Source: Anaerolineae bacterium
Lineage (GTDB): Bacteria > Chloroflexota > Anaerolineae > B4-G1
Assembly: GCA_041687115.1 (NCBI GenBank)
Contig: JAWLCP010000001.1
Location: 22,283-86,282 of the forward strand
Length of the DNA stretch: 64,000 nucleotides
Direction: 5' to 3'
The position numbers and the translations under genes were made by a program. Positions 47,429 through 57,589 of the stretch are shown here, piece after piece. A model generated the notes under the pieces. The model was not told where the DNA came from. It did no database searches and saw nothing but the letters and a program-made list of their open reading frames with translations. Within the stretch, counting starts at the first letter, position 1, and every line of letters begins with the position of its first letter.

Positions 47429-49816
47429 TCAGAACCCCCGATGCTCCGTGCGGGCGATGATCTCGTCTTGGAGCGCCTTGCCCAGGTCGCAGAAGTAATC
47501 ACTGTAGCCCGCCACACGCACGATGAGATCGCGGTACTGGTCTGGATGCTCCTGTGCCGCCCGCAGGGTCTTTCCATCGACGACGTTGAACTGGATGTGG
47601 TGCCCGTCCATCTTGAAGTAGGTGCGAATCAGCTGGATGAACTTGCTTAGGCCTTCGTCGTCCTGGAGCAGGCGCGGCGTGAACTTCTGGTTGAGGAGCG
47701 TGCCGCCCGTCCGCGCGTGGTCCATCTTGGCGGCCGACTTGAGGACCGCCGTTGGCCCGCGCCGATCCGCCCCCTGCACCGGGGAGATGCCCTCCGACAG
47801 CGGGCTTCCTGCCCTCCGCCCGTCCGGTGTAGCCCCGAGCACCGAGCCGAAGTAGATGTGGACCGTCGTCGGTAGCATGTTGATGCGATAGGTACCGCCC
47901 CGGGGTGTCGGGCGTCCGTCGACCGCCGCGAAATAGGCGTCGAAGACATCCACCATCACCGCGTCTGCACAATCGTCGTCGTTTCCATACTTCGGCGTGC
48001 GGTTCAGAAGCAGCTGATGCAGACGCTCGTCTCCCTGGAAGTCTCGGCCCACTGCCGGCAGCAGGTCTTCCATGGCCAGCGTCTTCTTGTCGAAGATGTG
48101 GTACTTGATGGCGGTGAGCGCGTCGGTCATCGTACCGAGACCGACCCCCTGGATGTAGTTTGTGTTATATCGTGCGCCTCCGTCATGGTAATCCCTGCCG
48201 CTAGCAATACAGTCGTCTGTCAGCAGCGAGAGGAAGGGCGCCGGCAGGTAGCGTGCGTAGAGACGCTCGATGACGTTGTTCCCGCGGATCTTGATGTCGA
48301 TGAAGTGCTGCAGCTGCCTCCTGTAGGCTGAGAACAACGCCTCGAACGTCTCGAAGTCGGCGGGATTGCCCGTCGCTAATCCGATCTGTCTGCCGGTCCT
48401 CGGATCAAGGCCGTTGTTGAGCGTGACCTCCAGGACCTTGGGCATGTTGAAGTAGCCGGTCAGGATATAGCTCTCCTTACCGAAAGCCCCCGTCTCCACA
48501 CAGCCGCTGGTGCCCCCCGCCCGCGCATCCCGGAGCGACTTGCCCTGCCGCACCAACTCCTGCACGATGAGGTCGCAGTTGAACAGGTCGGGCTTTCCCA
48601 TTCCCTCGCGGATCACCTGTGCCGCGTGCTTGAGGAATCGCTCCGGGGTCTTTTTGCTGATTTGGGCGGAGGGATTGGGCTGCACCTGACGCATTGTCCT
48701 GATGACATCCAGCATCAGATATGAGAGCTTGTTGACCCCGTCAGATCCGTCCTCCTTGAGCCCGCCCAAGTTGATCTGGACGAAGTCCGTGTACGTGCTG
48801 CTCTCCTGAGCCGTGACGCCTACCTTCGGTGGCGCCGGTTGGTTGTCGAACTTGATCCACAGGCACTGGAGTAGCTCCTCGGCCTCCTCCCTCGTGAGTG
48901 AGCCGTCTGCTACGCCGCGCTCATAGAACGGATAGAGATGCTGATCCAGATGACCAGGGCAGAATGCGTCCCAGGGGTTCAACTCTGTGGTCACGCCCAG
49001 ATGGACGAACCAGTAGTATTGGAGCGCCTCCCAGAAGTCGCGAGGCGCGTGGGCCGGAACCTGCGTGCAAACCTCGGCGATGCGTTTCAGCTCCTGCCTG
49101 CGCTCAGCATCCATCTCCTGCGCGGCCAGTTCGCGGGCCTTCTCCGCATGACGTTCGGCGTAGCGGATCAGCGCGCGGGCGCAGATCCGCATCGCCTTGA
49201 GCTCCTCCTGCTTGTCGTAGGCCTCTGGATCGTTGAGGGTGTCCAGCTCGTTCAGCCGGCCTTCGATCTCGCCTATGAAACCCAGCATGCCTTTGTGGTA
49301 GATCTTGTCGTCCAGGACGGTGTGCCCTGGGGAGCGCTGCTCCATGAACTCAGTGAACACGCCGGCCTCGTAGGCAGCCTTCCATTCGTCCGTCATCTCC
49401 CGGAAGATGCGGTCGCGCATCGATCTGCCCCCCCAGAAGGGGATGACCGTCTGCTCATAGACCTTCCTGGCCTCTTCGCTGACGGCGAAAGCGATCTTCT
49501 CTCGCGAATCGAGGACATTCAGGTCCTCGAGGGTGTGGCAGCAGAGCTCGGGATAGGTTGGCGCAGCCTTGGGTTGGGGCCCCTTCTCGCCCACGATCAG
49601 CTCATCATCCCCAATGTAGATCGACTTCCGCTCCATCAGGAATTGGAACGCCAGCGCGCGCTGTACTGGTGGTGACACCGGCGGGGCGTCTCGCTTGCAG
49701 AACTCGGTCAGCAACTCCGCCCGCTCCGTCGAGAGGGTGGGCGTCGTCGCTCTGCTTCGTTCCTGCAAACGGGCCACGCGTTCCGAGATGCTCATTGCTT
49801 CAACCTCCATAGACAC
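47429..49816 (-). CDS. Glycyl radical enzyme, PFL2/eliminase class, substrate undetermined
   Basis: C-terminal glycyl-radical motif RVAGYSDYF. Active-site Cys-x-Glu loop (GTSGCVETGAF) as in glycerol dehydratase, CutC and HypD. 795 aa. Confidence 0.85.
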   Translation of the reverse strand: MSMEVEAMSISERVARLQERSRATTPTLSTERAELLTEFCKRDAPPVSPPVQRALAFQFLMERKSIYIGDDELIVGEKGPQPKAAPTYPELCCHTLEDLNVLDSREKIAFAVSEEARKVYEQTVIPFWGGRSMRDRIFREMTDEWKAAYEAGVFTEFMEQRSPGHTVLDDKIYHKGMLGFIGEIEGRLNELDTLNDPEAYDKQEELKAMRICARALIRYAERHAEKARELAAQEMDAERRQELKRIAEVCTQVPAHAPRDFWEALQYYWFVHLGVTTELNPWDAFCPGHLDQHLYPFYERGVADGSLTREEAEELLQCLWIKFDNQPAPPKVGVTAQESSTYTDFVQINLGGLKEDGSDGVNKLSYLMLDVIRTMRQVQPNPSAQISKKTPERFLKHAAQVIREGMGKPDLFNCDLIVQELVRQGKSLRDARAGGTSGCVETGAFGKESYILTGYFNMPKVLEVTLNNGLDPRTGRQIGLATGNPADFETFEALFSAYRRQLQHFIDIKIRGNNVIERLYARYLPAPFLSLLTDDCIASGRDYHDGGARYNTNYIQGVGLGTMTDALTAIKYHIFDKKTLAMEDLLPAVGRDFQGDERLHQLLLNRTPKYGNDDDCADAVMVDVFDAYFAAVDGRPTPRGGTYRINMLPTTVHIYFGSVLGATPDGRRAGSPLSEGISPVQGADRRGPTAVLKSAAKMDHARTGGTLLNQKFTPRLLQDDEGLSKFIQLIRTYFKMDGHHIQFNVVDGKTLRAAQEHPDQYRDLIVRVAGYSDYFCDLGKALQDEIIARTEHRGF

Positions 49817-49858
49817 GGATATCCCAACCCCTGCGGAGACCTCGTCCGTGGGAGCGCA

Positions 49859-50770
49859 TCACGCTGTTCTCACCTCCAGGCCAAACTTGCCCAACAGCCG
49901 CGCGATCTGCGTGACCTGTTCATCGGTCGGCAGGTCGACCTTTGGCATGACCGTGTCCTTTCCCAGCCGCCTGTACTTGTCGCGCCCGATGCTGTGGTAG
50001 GGCAACAGATCGACGCCTTCCAGGCTCGGCAGGTTGGCGGCGAAGGTCCCGAGGGCGCGGATGGACTCCTCGTCGTCGTTGATCCCCGGGATGAGGGGCA
50101 CGCGCAGGAGGATGCGGTGGCCCTCTCTTGAGAGCCTCAACAGATTGCGCCGAATACGCCGGTTCGACGCGCCGGTAGTCTCGCGGTGGCGCGCGTCATC
50201 GATCAGTTTGAGGTCGTACAGGAAGAGATCCACGTATCCCCGTACACGATCCAGGACTTCCCACGCTGCATACCCGCAGGTGTCGAGGGCCGTGTGCACA
50301 CCCCTGCCCTTGCATGCCTGCAGGACGTCGTGCAAGAACGCTGGTTGGGCCAACGGCTCCCCGCCGGAGAAGGTCACGCCACCTCCGGACTCATCGTAGA
50401 ACGTGACGTCCCGCCCGATCTCTGCCATCACATCAGTGACGGTCATCTCACGCCCAACCAGCTCCCGGGCCTCGGCGTAACACACCTCCACGCATGCACC
50501 GCACGCTGCGCACTGTTCCCGGTTCGTGCGGATGGTTCCCTGCTCCACGGTGATCGCTCCTCGGTCGCAGGCCTCTACGCACGCACCGCAGGCGATGCAG
50601 CGGTTCGGTCGAAGAATCAGTTCTCGCTGCGGCGCCTGACCCTCGGGATTATGACACCACCAACAGCCCAGCGGGCACCCCTTGAGGAAGACCGTGGTCC
50701 GAATGCCCGGTCCATCGTGGATGGAGAACCTCTTGATATCAAAGATGATGCCTGTGGTCAAAGCCACCAC
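49859..50770 (-). CDS. Glycyl radical enzyme activating enzyme (radical SAM, with two extra 4Fe-4S ferredoxin clusters)
   Basis: CPLGCWWCHNPE CxxxCxxC motif, plus CIACGACVEAC and CAACGACVEVC. Confidence 0.85.
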   Translation of the reverse strand: MVALTTGIIFDIKRFSIHDGPGIRTTVFLKGCPLGCWWCHNPEGQAPQRELILRPNRCIACGACVEACDRGAITVEQGTIRTNREQCAACGACVEVCYAEARELVGREMTVTDVMAEIGRDVTFYDESGGGVTFSGGEPLAQPAFLHDVLQACKGRGVHTALDTCGYAAWEVLDRVRGYVDLFLYDLKLIDDARHRETTGASNRRIRRNLLRLSREGHRILLRVPLIPGINDDEESIRALGTFAANLPSLEGVDLLPYHSIGRDKYRRLGKDTVMPKVDLPTDEQVTQIARLLGKFGLEVRTA

Positions 50771-50832
50771 CTCTTGCAGAGAAGGGCGCCTGGCCTCAGA
50801 ATGCCGGATAACGGAACCGTCAGATGAGGGCC

Positions 50833-51555
50833 CTACTGCTCACCCAGGTAGGCCTTGCGCACTCGCTCGTCTCGCAGGAGGTCTGTAGCGGGACCAGAGA
50901 GGACGATCTGACCTGTCTCCAGCACATACGCGCGGTCTGCGATCTTCAACGCCGCGCGGGCGTTTTGCTCCACCAACAGGACGGTCACACCGCGCTCGTT
51001 GATCTCACGAATGGTGGCGAAGATAGCTTTGACCAGCATAGGGGCCAACCCCAGTGAGGGCTCATCCAGCATGAGGATCCGGGGACGGGCCATCAGAGCC
51101 CGTCCGATGGTCAGCATCTGCTGCTCCCCACCGGAGAGCGTCCCTCCCAGCTGGTTCTTCCGTTCCTCCAGCCGGGGGAACAAGTCGAACACGCGCTGGC
51201 GGTTCTTCTCGATCGTGTTCTTGTCCCCGCCCAGGACGTATGCCCCCATGTTCAGGTTCTCGTTCACCGTCAGCGTGCTGAAGATCTCACGCCCTTCGGG
51301 TGCGTGAGAGATGCCCGCCTCTACGATGCGATGGGCTGGTGTCTCCGTAATGTCCTCGTCATCGAAGGTAATTCCCCCTTCGCGAGGATCGATAAGGCCG
51401 GATATAGTCCGCAGCGTCGTCGTCTTTCCGGCGCCGTTGGCCCCGATGAGGGAGACGATCTCTCCCTGTTCTACCTCCAGGTTAAGCCCCTTCAGGGCGT
51501 GAACGTGGCCATAGTAGGTATGCAGATTCTGGATCTGTAGCAAGGCCACGGTCAA
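50833..51555 (-). CDS. livF: Branched-chain amino acid ABC transporter ATP-binding protein LivF
   Basis: Walker A GANGAGKTT, signature LSGGEQQ. Confidence 0.85.
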   Translation of the reverse strand: MTVALLQIQNLHTYYGHVHALKGLNLEVEQGEIVSLIGANGAGKTTTLRTISGLIDPREGGITFDDEDITETPAHRIVEAGISHAPEGREIFSTLTVNENLNMGAYVLGGDKNTIEKNRQRVFDLFPRLEERKNQLGGTLSGGEQQMLTIGRALMARPRILMLDEPSLGLAPMLVKAIFATIREINERGVTVLLVEQNARAALKIADRAYVLETGQIVLSGPATDLLRDERVRKAYLGEQ

Positions 51556-52424
51556 ACCTCCTCCTTCTCTTCCTCGCCCAGATAGGCCTCGATGACACGA
51601 GGATTGCCTTGTACCTCCGCTGGCGTCCCTTCGGCGATCTTCTTGCCGTAGTCCAGGACGATGATACGCTCGCAGATGCCCATCACGACTTTCATATCGT
51701 GCTCAATGAGGAGGACGGTGATTCCGGAGTCGCGAATTTTCTCGATCAGGGCCATCAACTCTATCGACTCCTGTTCGTTGAGGCCGGCAGCGGGCTCGTC
51801 CAGGATGATGAGCGTGGGATTGGTGGCCAACGCGCGCGCAATTTCCAGCCTCCGTTGGTGACCGTAGGGCAGGTTCTTGGCCAGTTCATCCTCGTACTCC
51901 TCCAGCCCCATGAACCCCAGGTTCTTCCTTGCCTCATCGACGATGTACTGCTCCTCTCGCCGCTGCGAGGACGGACGGAAGATGGCCCCTGCTACTCCTG
52001 CTTGCGTCCGATAGTGAGGTCCAGACATTGCGTTTTCCAGGACAGTGATGTTGTTGAAGAGTCGGATGGTCTGGAACGTGCGGGCGATGCCCCGTTCTGT
52101 GATCTCATGCGGCCGCAGGCTGCGGAATCCGTTCCAGCGCTCCTGCACCGCGGGAAGTGGAAGCCAACTCATCCACCAGGTGGGGGTAGTCAGTCGCTTG
52201 GCCCAGGTCAAGGGTGGGTGAGCGATACGGCGACCTTGGAAGAAGATCTCCCCCTCAGTCGGTGCGTAGATGCCCGTGATCATGTTGAAGATCGTGGTCT
52301 TCCCGGCACCGTTGGGCCCGATCAGGCCCAGGATCTCTCGTTCCTTCAATTCGAACGCAACACGGTCAACTGCTGTCAGACCGCCGAACTGTTTCGTCAG
52401 CTTTCTGCTCTCCAGAAGGGCCAT
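51552..52424 (-). CDS. livG: Branched-chain amino acid ABC transporter ATP-binding protein LivG
   Basis: GPNGAGKTT, and LPYGHQRRLEIARAL which is typical of LivG. Confidence 0.85.
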   Translation of the reverse strand: MALLESRKLTKQFGGLTAVDRVAFELKEREILGLIGPNGAGKTTIFNMITGIYAPTEGEIFFQGRRIAHPPLTWAKRLTTPTWWMSWLPLPAVQERWNGFRSLRPHEITERGIARTFQTIRLFNNITVLENAMSGPHYRTQAGVAGAIFRPSSQRREEQYIVDEARKNLGFMGLEEYEDELAKNLPYGHQRRLEIARALATNPTLIILDEPAAGLNEQESIELMALIEKIRDSGITVLLIEHDMKVVMGICERIIVLDYGKKIAEGTPAEVQGNPRVIEAYLGEEEKEEV

Positions 52425-52432
52425 ATCTACTC

Positions 52433-53440
52433 CTAGTCAGACCTGCCGGTTACTGCCAGAGACGGATCGGGTGCCTCTTCCTCGCTCTTGATCTCCCTCC
52501 GTATCTGCCGGCTGGGCCAGAGCCCCTCAGGACGGGCGATCATCATGGTGACCATCGCCACGCCCAGCCAGGCATCTCGCCAAGCCCTCAGGGGCCGTGA
52601 GAGCTCGGGCAAAGTCACCATGCCCAGTGTCCCGACAAATGCCCCAGGTATCGACCCCGTACCACCCAGTACGACGATGCAGAACAGAATCACCGATTCC
52701 ATGAACTTGGCCTGGTCGGGGGAGATAACCGTGATCTTAGCTGCGTACAACGCGCCGGCCAGACCAGCCCATCCAGATCCGAGGACAAAGGCAAGCAATT
52801 TGACGCGGGTGGTGTCGACTCCCATCGCTTCCGCTGCTACCTCATCCTCACGCACGTATCTCCACGCCCGCCCCAGGCGTGAGTCTTGTAGGCGTTGGGT
52901 GGCAAAGATGGTGATGATCAGAAAGATCAGCACGATGTAGTAATGATAGATGGGCGCGCGTAGTACTATCCCAAACAATACGAGACGGTCGATGCCGCTG
53001 AGACCGTTTGCGCCCCCGGTGATGCCGAAGATATTGTTTACCAACACCAGGCGCACCACCTCGCCGAAAGCGATGGTCACGATGCACAAGTAGTCCCCTC
53101 GAAGGTGAAGAATCGGCCGTGTGAGGAGGTACCCAAGGACAGCTGCTACGAGCACGCTCAGGGGAAACGTGAGAAGAAGCGGGACATCGAAGTAGATATT
53201 CAGCATGCCGGCTGTGTACGCTCCCACGCCATAGAAAGCGGCGTGTCCTAGCTGAAACAGGCCTGCGTAACCGACGATAATATTCAGACTGAGACCCAGC
53301 ATCACGTACAGACCAGTCCGCCACAACACGGACCGATAATAATCGCCCAGAGGCAGTGGCGCCAAAGTCGCCAGGAACAGGAGAGCCCCTTGCCAGTAGA
53401 GTGGCTTGATGGCTCGGAAACGTGTTAGCAAGTCTTTCAT
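52433..53440 (-). CDS. livM: Branched-chain amino acid ABC transporter permease LivM
   Basis: Polytopic BPD_transp_2 permease. Confidence 0.8.
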   Translation of the reverse strand: MKDLLTRFRAIKPLYWQGALLFLATLAPLPLGDYYRSVLWRTGLYVMLGLSLNIIVGYAGLFQLGHAAFYGVGAYTAGMLNIYFDVPLLLTFPLSVLVAAVLGYLLTRPILHLRGDYLCIVTIAFGEVVRLVLVNNIFGITGGANGLSGIDRLVLFGIVLRAPIYHYYIVLIFLIITIFATQRLQDSRLGRAWRYVREDEVAAEAMGVDTTRVKLLAFVLGSGWAGLAGALYAAKITVISPDQAKFMESVILFCIVVLGGTGSIPGAFVGTLGMVTLPELSRPLRAWRDAWLGVAMVTMMIARPEGLWPSRQIRREIKSEEEAPDPSLAVTGRSD

Positions 53441-53450
53441 CGTGCCTCCC

Positions 53451-54353
53451 TTACACCTTCTCCGCCACCCGCTCGCCGAGCAGACCTGTGGGACGGAAGA
53501 TCAATATCAAGATCAGGATGATGTAAGCGATGACGTCCTTCCACTGTGGAGAGAGGTACCCTGCGCCCAGCGTCTCTGTGACTCCGAGCAACATCCCACC
53601 GAGCATGGCGCCTGGGATGTTGCCGATGCCGCCCAAGATGGCGGCAATGAAGGCTTTAAGCCCAAAGACCCACCCCACCGTGAAGTCGAACGACCCGTAG
53701 TATAGGGCAACGATCATCCCCGCGACGCCGCCCAGCCCGGGGCCAATGAGAAAGACGATGGAGATGATACGGTCGACATCGATGCCCATAAGCCGCGAGA
53801 CGTCGTGGTTCAGAGACACAGCGCGCATCGCTGTCCCAATGCGAGTGCGCTGTACGAAGAGATACAAGACAGCCATGAGCAGGAATGATATAACCAAGAC
53901 GATTACCTGCATCAGGCTGACCCGTGCCCCTGCGACTGCAAACCCTCCCGTCAGCGCGACGTCTCTTGGGTATGTCTTGTAGCTAGCTCCGTAGATGTTA
54001 CGGGCCAGACTCTGCAGAATGAAGGCGACCCCCAGAGCCGAGATGACCGGTGCCAATCGACCCGATTCACGCAGGGGGCGGTAGGCGATGCGCTCCACCA
54101 GGACGCCGACGGCGGCAATGGTCAGCATGACCGCGATGACCGTCGGCACGGCGAGCCACGCGCTGCCTTGAGCGAAGAAGCCCAAGAGACCGGTCAACGT
54201 TGTCAGTCCAATGTAGGCTCCCCACATGAACATATCGCCGTGGGCGAAGTTGATCAGCTTCAGCACGCCGTACACCATCGTGTAGCCCATGGCGACCAGC
54301 ACGTAGAACGCGCCAATCGTAACACCGTTGATCATCTGCTGTAGCAACTGCAT
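53451..54353 (-). CDS. livH: Branched-chain amino acid ABC transporter permease LivH
   Basis: Polytopic BPD_transp_2 permease. First permease of the operon. Confidence 0.8.
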   Translation of the reverse strand: MQLLQQMINGVTIGAFYVLVAMGYTMVYGVLKLINFAHGDMFMWGAYIGLTTLTGLLGFFAQGSAWLAVPTVIAVMLTIAAVGVLVERIAYRPLRESGRLAPVISALGVAFILQSLARNIYGASYKTYPRDVALTGGFAVAGARVSLMQVIVLVISFLLMAVLYLFVQRTRIGTAMRAVSLNHDVSRLMGIDVDRIISIVFLIGPGLGGVAGMIVALYYGSFDFTVGWVFGLKAFIAAILGGIGNIPGAMLGGMLLGVTETLGAGYLSPQWKDVIAYIILILILIFRPTGLLGERVAEKV

Positions 54354-54498
54354 ACTTTCAGTCTCCTGTGTCCCTCTCTGGAGGGCGCTGAGATTGGAGC
54401 AGGATCAGGTCTCGCGGGGTCGATCTCTCAGGGTCCTCCCAAGGGACGGGAATGGGGGAGTCCGACGCGTGTCGAACTCCCCCAACTAGATCCTCAGC

Positions 54499-55650
54499 CT
54501 ACTGCGGCTGCTGCTCGTGCAAGACGAAGTCTCCGCTTTCGTCGATGACGTAGGCTACGTGAATGGTGCCGAGCCGGTCGCCCTTCTCGTCCCAGCCGAG
54601 AATCGGTCCAGTGAGGCCATCGATGTCCTGCGCCTCGTTGTGCAGGAAATCGGCCAAGACCTCTGAGTCAGTGGACTCGGTCTCCTGAATGGCGTACCGG
54701 ATCACGTTGAATGCCTCAGCCGACATCTGCCACCAGACGCTGGCAGGCGGCTCGCCGTAGGCCTCCTCGAAGTCGGAGACGAATTGCTGGGCCTCCGGAT
54801 ACTCGAGGTCCTTCGGCAGCGGCTCCGTGGTGATGTACGTGCCCACTGCGTTCTCCAATCCGGCGATTTGAATCAGTTCCGGGTTGTTGGACGCGTTACC
54901 CATCATCCACGTGATGTCCAACCCCAGCTCACCGGTCTGCTTGAGCAGCAGACCACCTTGAGCGTGATAGCCGGTGAAGTAGACGGCGTCCAGGTCAGCG
55001 CCACCGATGTTGGTGAGGACGGGACTGAAGTCCTGGTCGTCGGGATTGATGGCATCGTAGAAGGCGACGTTGACTCCCATCTCCTCGGCGTACCGCCTGG
55101 TGTGCTCCGCCAGCCCCTGGGCATAGGTCGAGTTGTCGTGCAGAATGCCGAAGTTCTCTACGCCCAGCACCTCGTCGGCGAACCGGGCAGCGAACAGGCC
55201 CTGACGGTCATCCAGGAAGCAGACACGGAAGAAGCGCTGGAAGCCCTTTTCCGTGAGCCCCGTGGCTGTGGAGGACGGGGTAATGTGCAGCAACCCAGCT
55301 TCATTGTAGATCTCCGAGGCCGGCTCCGTGGCGGTGGAGTTGTAGGCGCCGATCACGGCCACGACCCCCGCGTCCACCAGACGGTCCGCCACCAACGCCG
55401 CCTGGGTCGGGTCCCCGGCATCATCCTCGACAACCAATTCGACCTCGCGACCCAGGAGTCCTCCGGCTTCATTTGTCTGCTCGACGAGCAGGCCAACAGC
55501 TTTCTCGAAGCCCTGACCCTCGTAGGCGTAGTCACCCGTCATAGGAGCTTCGAGCCCAATCTTGATCACGTCTTCTTGCCCGCCACACCCTGCGAGCATG
55601 GGAGCGATCAGGACGACTGCGACAAGCGAAAGCGCGATTTTCTTCAGCAT
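54499..55650 (-). CDS. livK: Leu/Ile/Val-type periplasmic substrate-binding lipoprotein (LivK/LivJ family)
   Basis: Signal peptide plus lipobox (LAGCGG). Type I periplasmic binding fold. Confidence 0.8.
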   Translation of the reverse strand: MLKKIALSLVAVVLIAPMLAGCGGQEDVIKIGLEAPMTGDYAYEGQGFEKAVGLLVEQTNEAGGLLGREVELVVEDDAGDPTQAALVADRLVDAGVVAVIGAYNSTATEPASEIYNEAGLLHITPSSTATGLTEKGFQRFFRVCFLDDRQGLFAARFADEVLGVENFGILHDNSTYAQGLAEHTRRYAEEMGVNVAFYDAINPDDQDFSPVLTNIGGADLDAVYFTGYHAQGGLLLKQTGELGLDITWMMGNASNNPELIQIAGLENAVGTYITTEPLPKDLEYPEAQQFVSDFEEAYGEPPASVWWQMSAEAFNVIRYAIQETESTDSEVLADFLHNEAQDIDGLTGPILGWDEKGDRLGTIHVAYVIDESGDFVLHEQQPQ

Positions 55651-55993
55651 TTTCCCCTCCGATTTGGATCTGTGATCCCTTCTTAACCACTCATCTCGAA
55701 TCGATCCGGTCTGACTGCTCTATGTTCTATCGAACCTGTATCACCTCCCTATGAGAAGCAAACGATGGCTTCTTGATTCAGAGGCTCCGTAGCCGAAGAG
55801 GAGCAACATACGACTGAGCGTAAACGACCTCGATAGCAGAGTTTCCTGCTCACACATGCCTGCACACCGGCATGAAGGCTCAAATCACTCGTGCAAGGTT
55901 GTGGAGGCAATTCCAATGAGGTTGCCACCATACTATGGCGAAATGAGGCAGTTGTCAAGTGGAGGCTCGTCATCTTCCCCACCTGCACACGTC

Positions 55994-57151
55994 CTATTTC
56001 AGTTGCTCCTCACCTCCGAACTCGCGATAAGGGCTCAGTTCCTCCAAGGTCTCCCTGTCCTCTGCCGTCAATTCGTCCTGCACCATGCGTGACAATAGTG
56101 ATCCAACGCCGGGACCCAGCATGAATCCCTGCCCGCACATGCCTACCGCGAACATATAGCCCTTCAGATCTTCCGACCGTCCGACGATGGGAAAACCGTC
56201 GGAGGTCATTGGGTAGAGGCCGCGCCACGTGCGCCGCACGCGAATGTTGGACAGCTTAGGCATGAGCCCCACCATGCGCGGAGCGATCATAGGAAGAAAC
56301 TCAGAGGTCTCGCGGCGATCGGTGCCCACGATTGGGGGTTCTGGCGTGATGCAGAAGATAAGGGCTCCGGTCCCATGCTGATAGAAGTAGTAATTCTTGG
56401 ATCCTTCGGCGGGCCGCAAGTCCACGATCATCGGCTCCACGAACCGCTCGACTGGCTCCGTCACCCCGGCTTCGTGGCTGTCAGGGGTCACTGGGACGTC
56501 AAGCCCGCCCATCTGCGCCACCTTCCGTGCCCAAGCTCCCGCTGCGTTGATTACTGTCTCGGTGGCGTAGCCGCCCCTGTCCGTTCGGACTCCAACGACC
56601 TTTCCGCGACGGCAGATAATGCCCGTGACTCGCTCTCCGAAGTGAAAATGGGCACCTCGCTCCTCCGCTCTGGTATAGAAGGCATGGGCGCTGAGAAGCG
56701 GCGAGGCAGATCCATCATCGGATGAGTATGTTCCTCCAATCAGATTCTTCGGATTGAGGGCGGGGATCACCTCCAGCAGCTCGTTCCGGTCCAGCCACTC
56801 GATGTTCAGACCGAACTCGTGCTGGGTGTCCAAGAGATCCTTCAGAGCCTGTTCCTCCCGTTCGCGATAGGCCACAAAGGCATAGCCGCCCTGATGCCAT
56901 TCGATATCGTCTCCGTATCTCTCCTCCCAGGTGCAGAACACCTCCAGCGATTCAAGGCAAAGGCGGATCTTCGACGGTGCAGAGTGGGTGGCGCGAATGC
57001 CGCCGATGGCGGCCTTGTTGGAACCCTGACCTGGGCTGGCGAACTGATCGATCACCAGGGGTTCGAGTCCTGCCGCAGCCAGGAAGAAAGCCGTTGGCAG
57101 CCCTACGCTCCCCGCACCAATGATTACGGCGTCATAGACTTTGGTAGTCAT
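55994..57151 (-). CDS. FAD-dependent oxidoreductase (DAO family; sarcosine-oxidase-beta / glycine-oxidase-like)
   Basis: N-terminal YDAVIIGAGSVGLPTAFFLA dinucleotide fold. Confidence 0.75.
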   Translation of the reverse strand: MTTKVYDAVIIGAGSVGLPTAFFLAAAGLEPLVIDQFASPGQGSNKAAIGGIRATHSAPSKIRLCLESLEVFCTWEERYGDDIEWHQGGYAFVAYREREEQALKDLLDTQHEFGLNIEWLDRNELLEVIPALNPKNLIGGTYSSDDGSASPLLSAHAFYTRAEERGAHFHFGERVTGIICRRGKVVGVRTDRGGYATETVINAAGAWARKVAQMGGLDVPVTPDSHEAGVTEPVERFVEPMIVDLRPAEGSKNYYFYQHGTGALIFCITPEPPIVGTDRRETSEFLPMIAPRMVGLMPKLSNIRVRRTWRGLYPMTSDGFPIVGRSEDLKGYMFAVGMCGQGFMLGPGVGSLLSRMVQDELTAEDRETLEELSPYREFGGEEQLK

Positions 57152-57247
57152 TCTCTCCTCGTCGAACGTGATCTATCACCATGCCTGTGATATGATTGGA
57201 GCCTGAGGCGCGCAGGGCGACTGGAGCTCGCCACGCCCCGCTTTCTC

Positions 57248-57589
57248 CTATCCAGGAGGCCAGCCTAACGAACGTCCGCCCAGCAGATGCATGTGGAGGT
57301 GAAACACGGACTGTCCGGCTCGGGACCCCGTGTTGATCACCAATCGATAGCCTCCCGCGACACCTTCCTGTCTTGCTACCTTACGAGCTACGACGAAGAG
57401 CTTCCCGAGCACGTCCACATCTCTGGCCGTGACCTCGTCTACGCTCTCGATATGCTCATTGGGGATGATCAGCACGTGGGTGGGTGCCTGGGGGTTCTGA
57501 TCGTGGAAAGCCGTTACGTCTTCGTCCTGGTGGACGATACGGGCTGGTTCCTCGCCCCCTGCAATGCGGCAGAAGGTGCAGTTCCTCAT
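57248..57589 (-). CDS. HIT-family (histidine triad) nucleotide hydrolase
   Basis: HLHMHLLGG histidine triad. Start MRNCTFCRI confirmed as ATG. 4-nt overlap with mtaB. Confidence 0.8.
   Translation of the reverse strand: MRNCTFCRIAGGEEPARIVHQDEDVTAFHDQNPQAPTHVLIIPNEHIESVDEVTARDVDVLGKLFVVARKVARQEGVAGGYRLVINTGSRAGQSVFHLHMHLLGGRSLGWPPG

Noticed and set aside
55651-55993. T-box or riboswitch leader upstream of livK
   Set aside because: I searched both strands for the T-box AGGGUGGNACCGCG core and other obvious riboswitch cores and found none. The 79-aa ORF at 55749-55988 has no RBS and low-complexity content.
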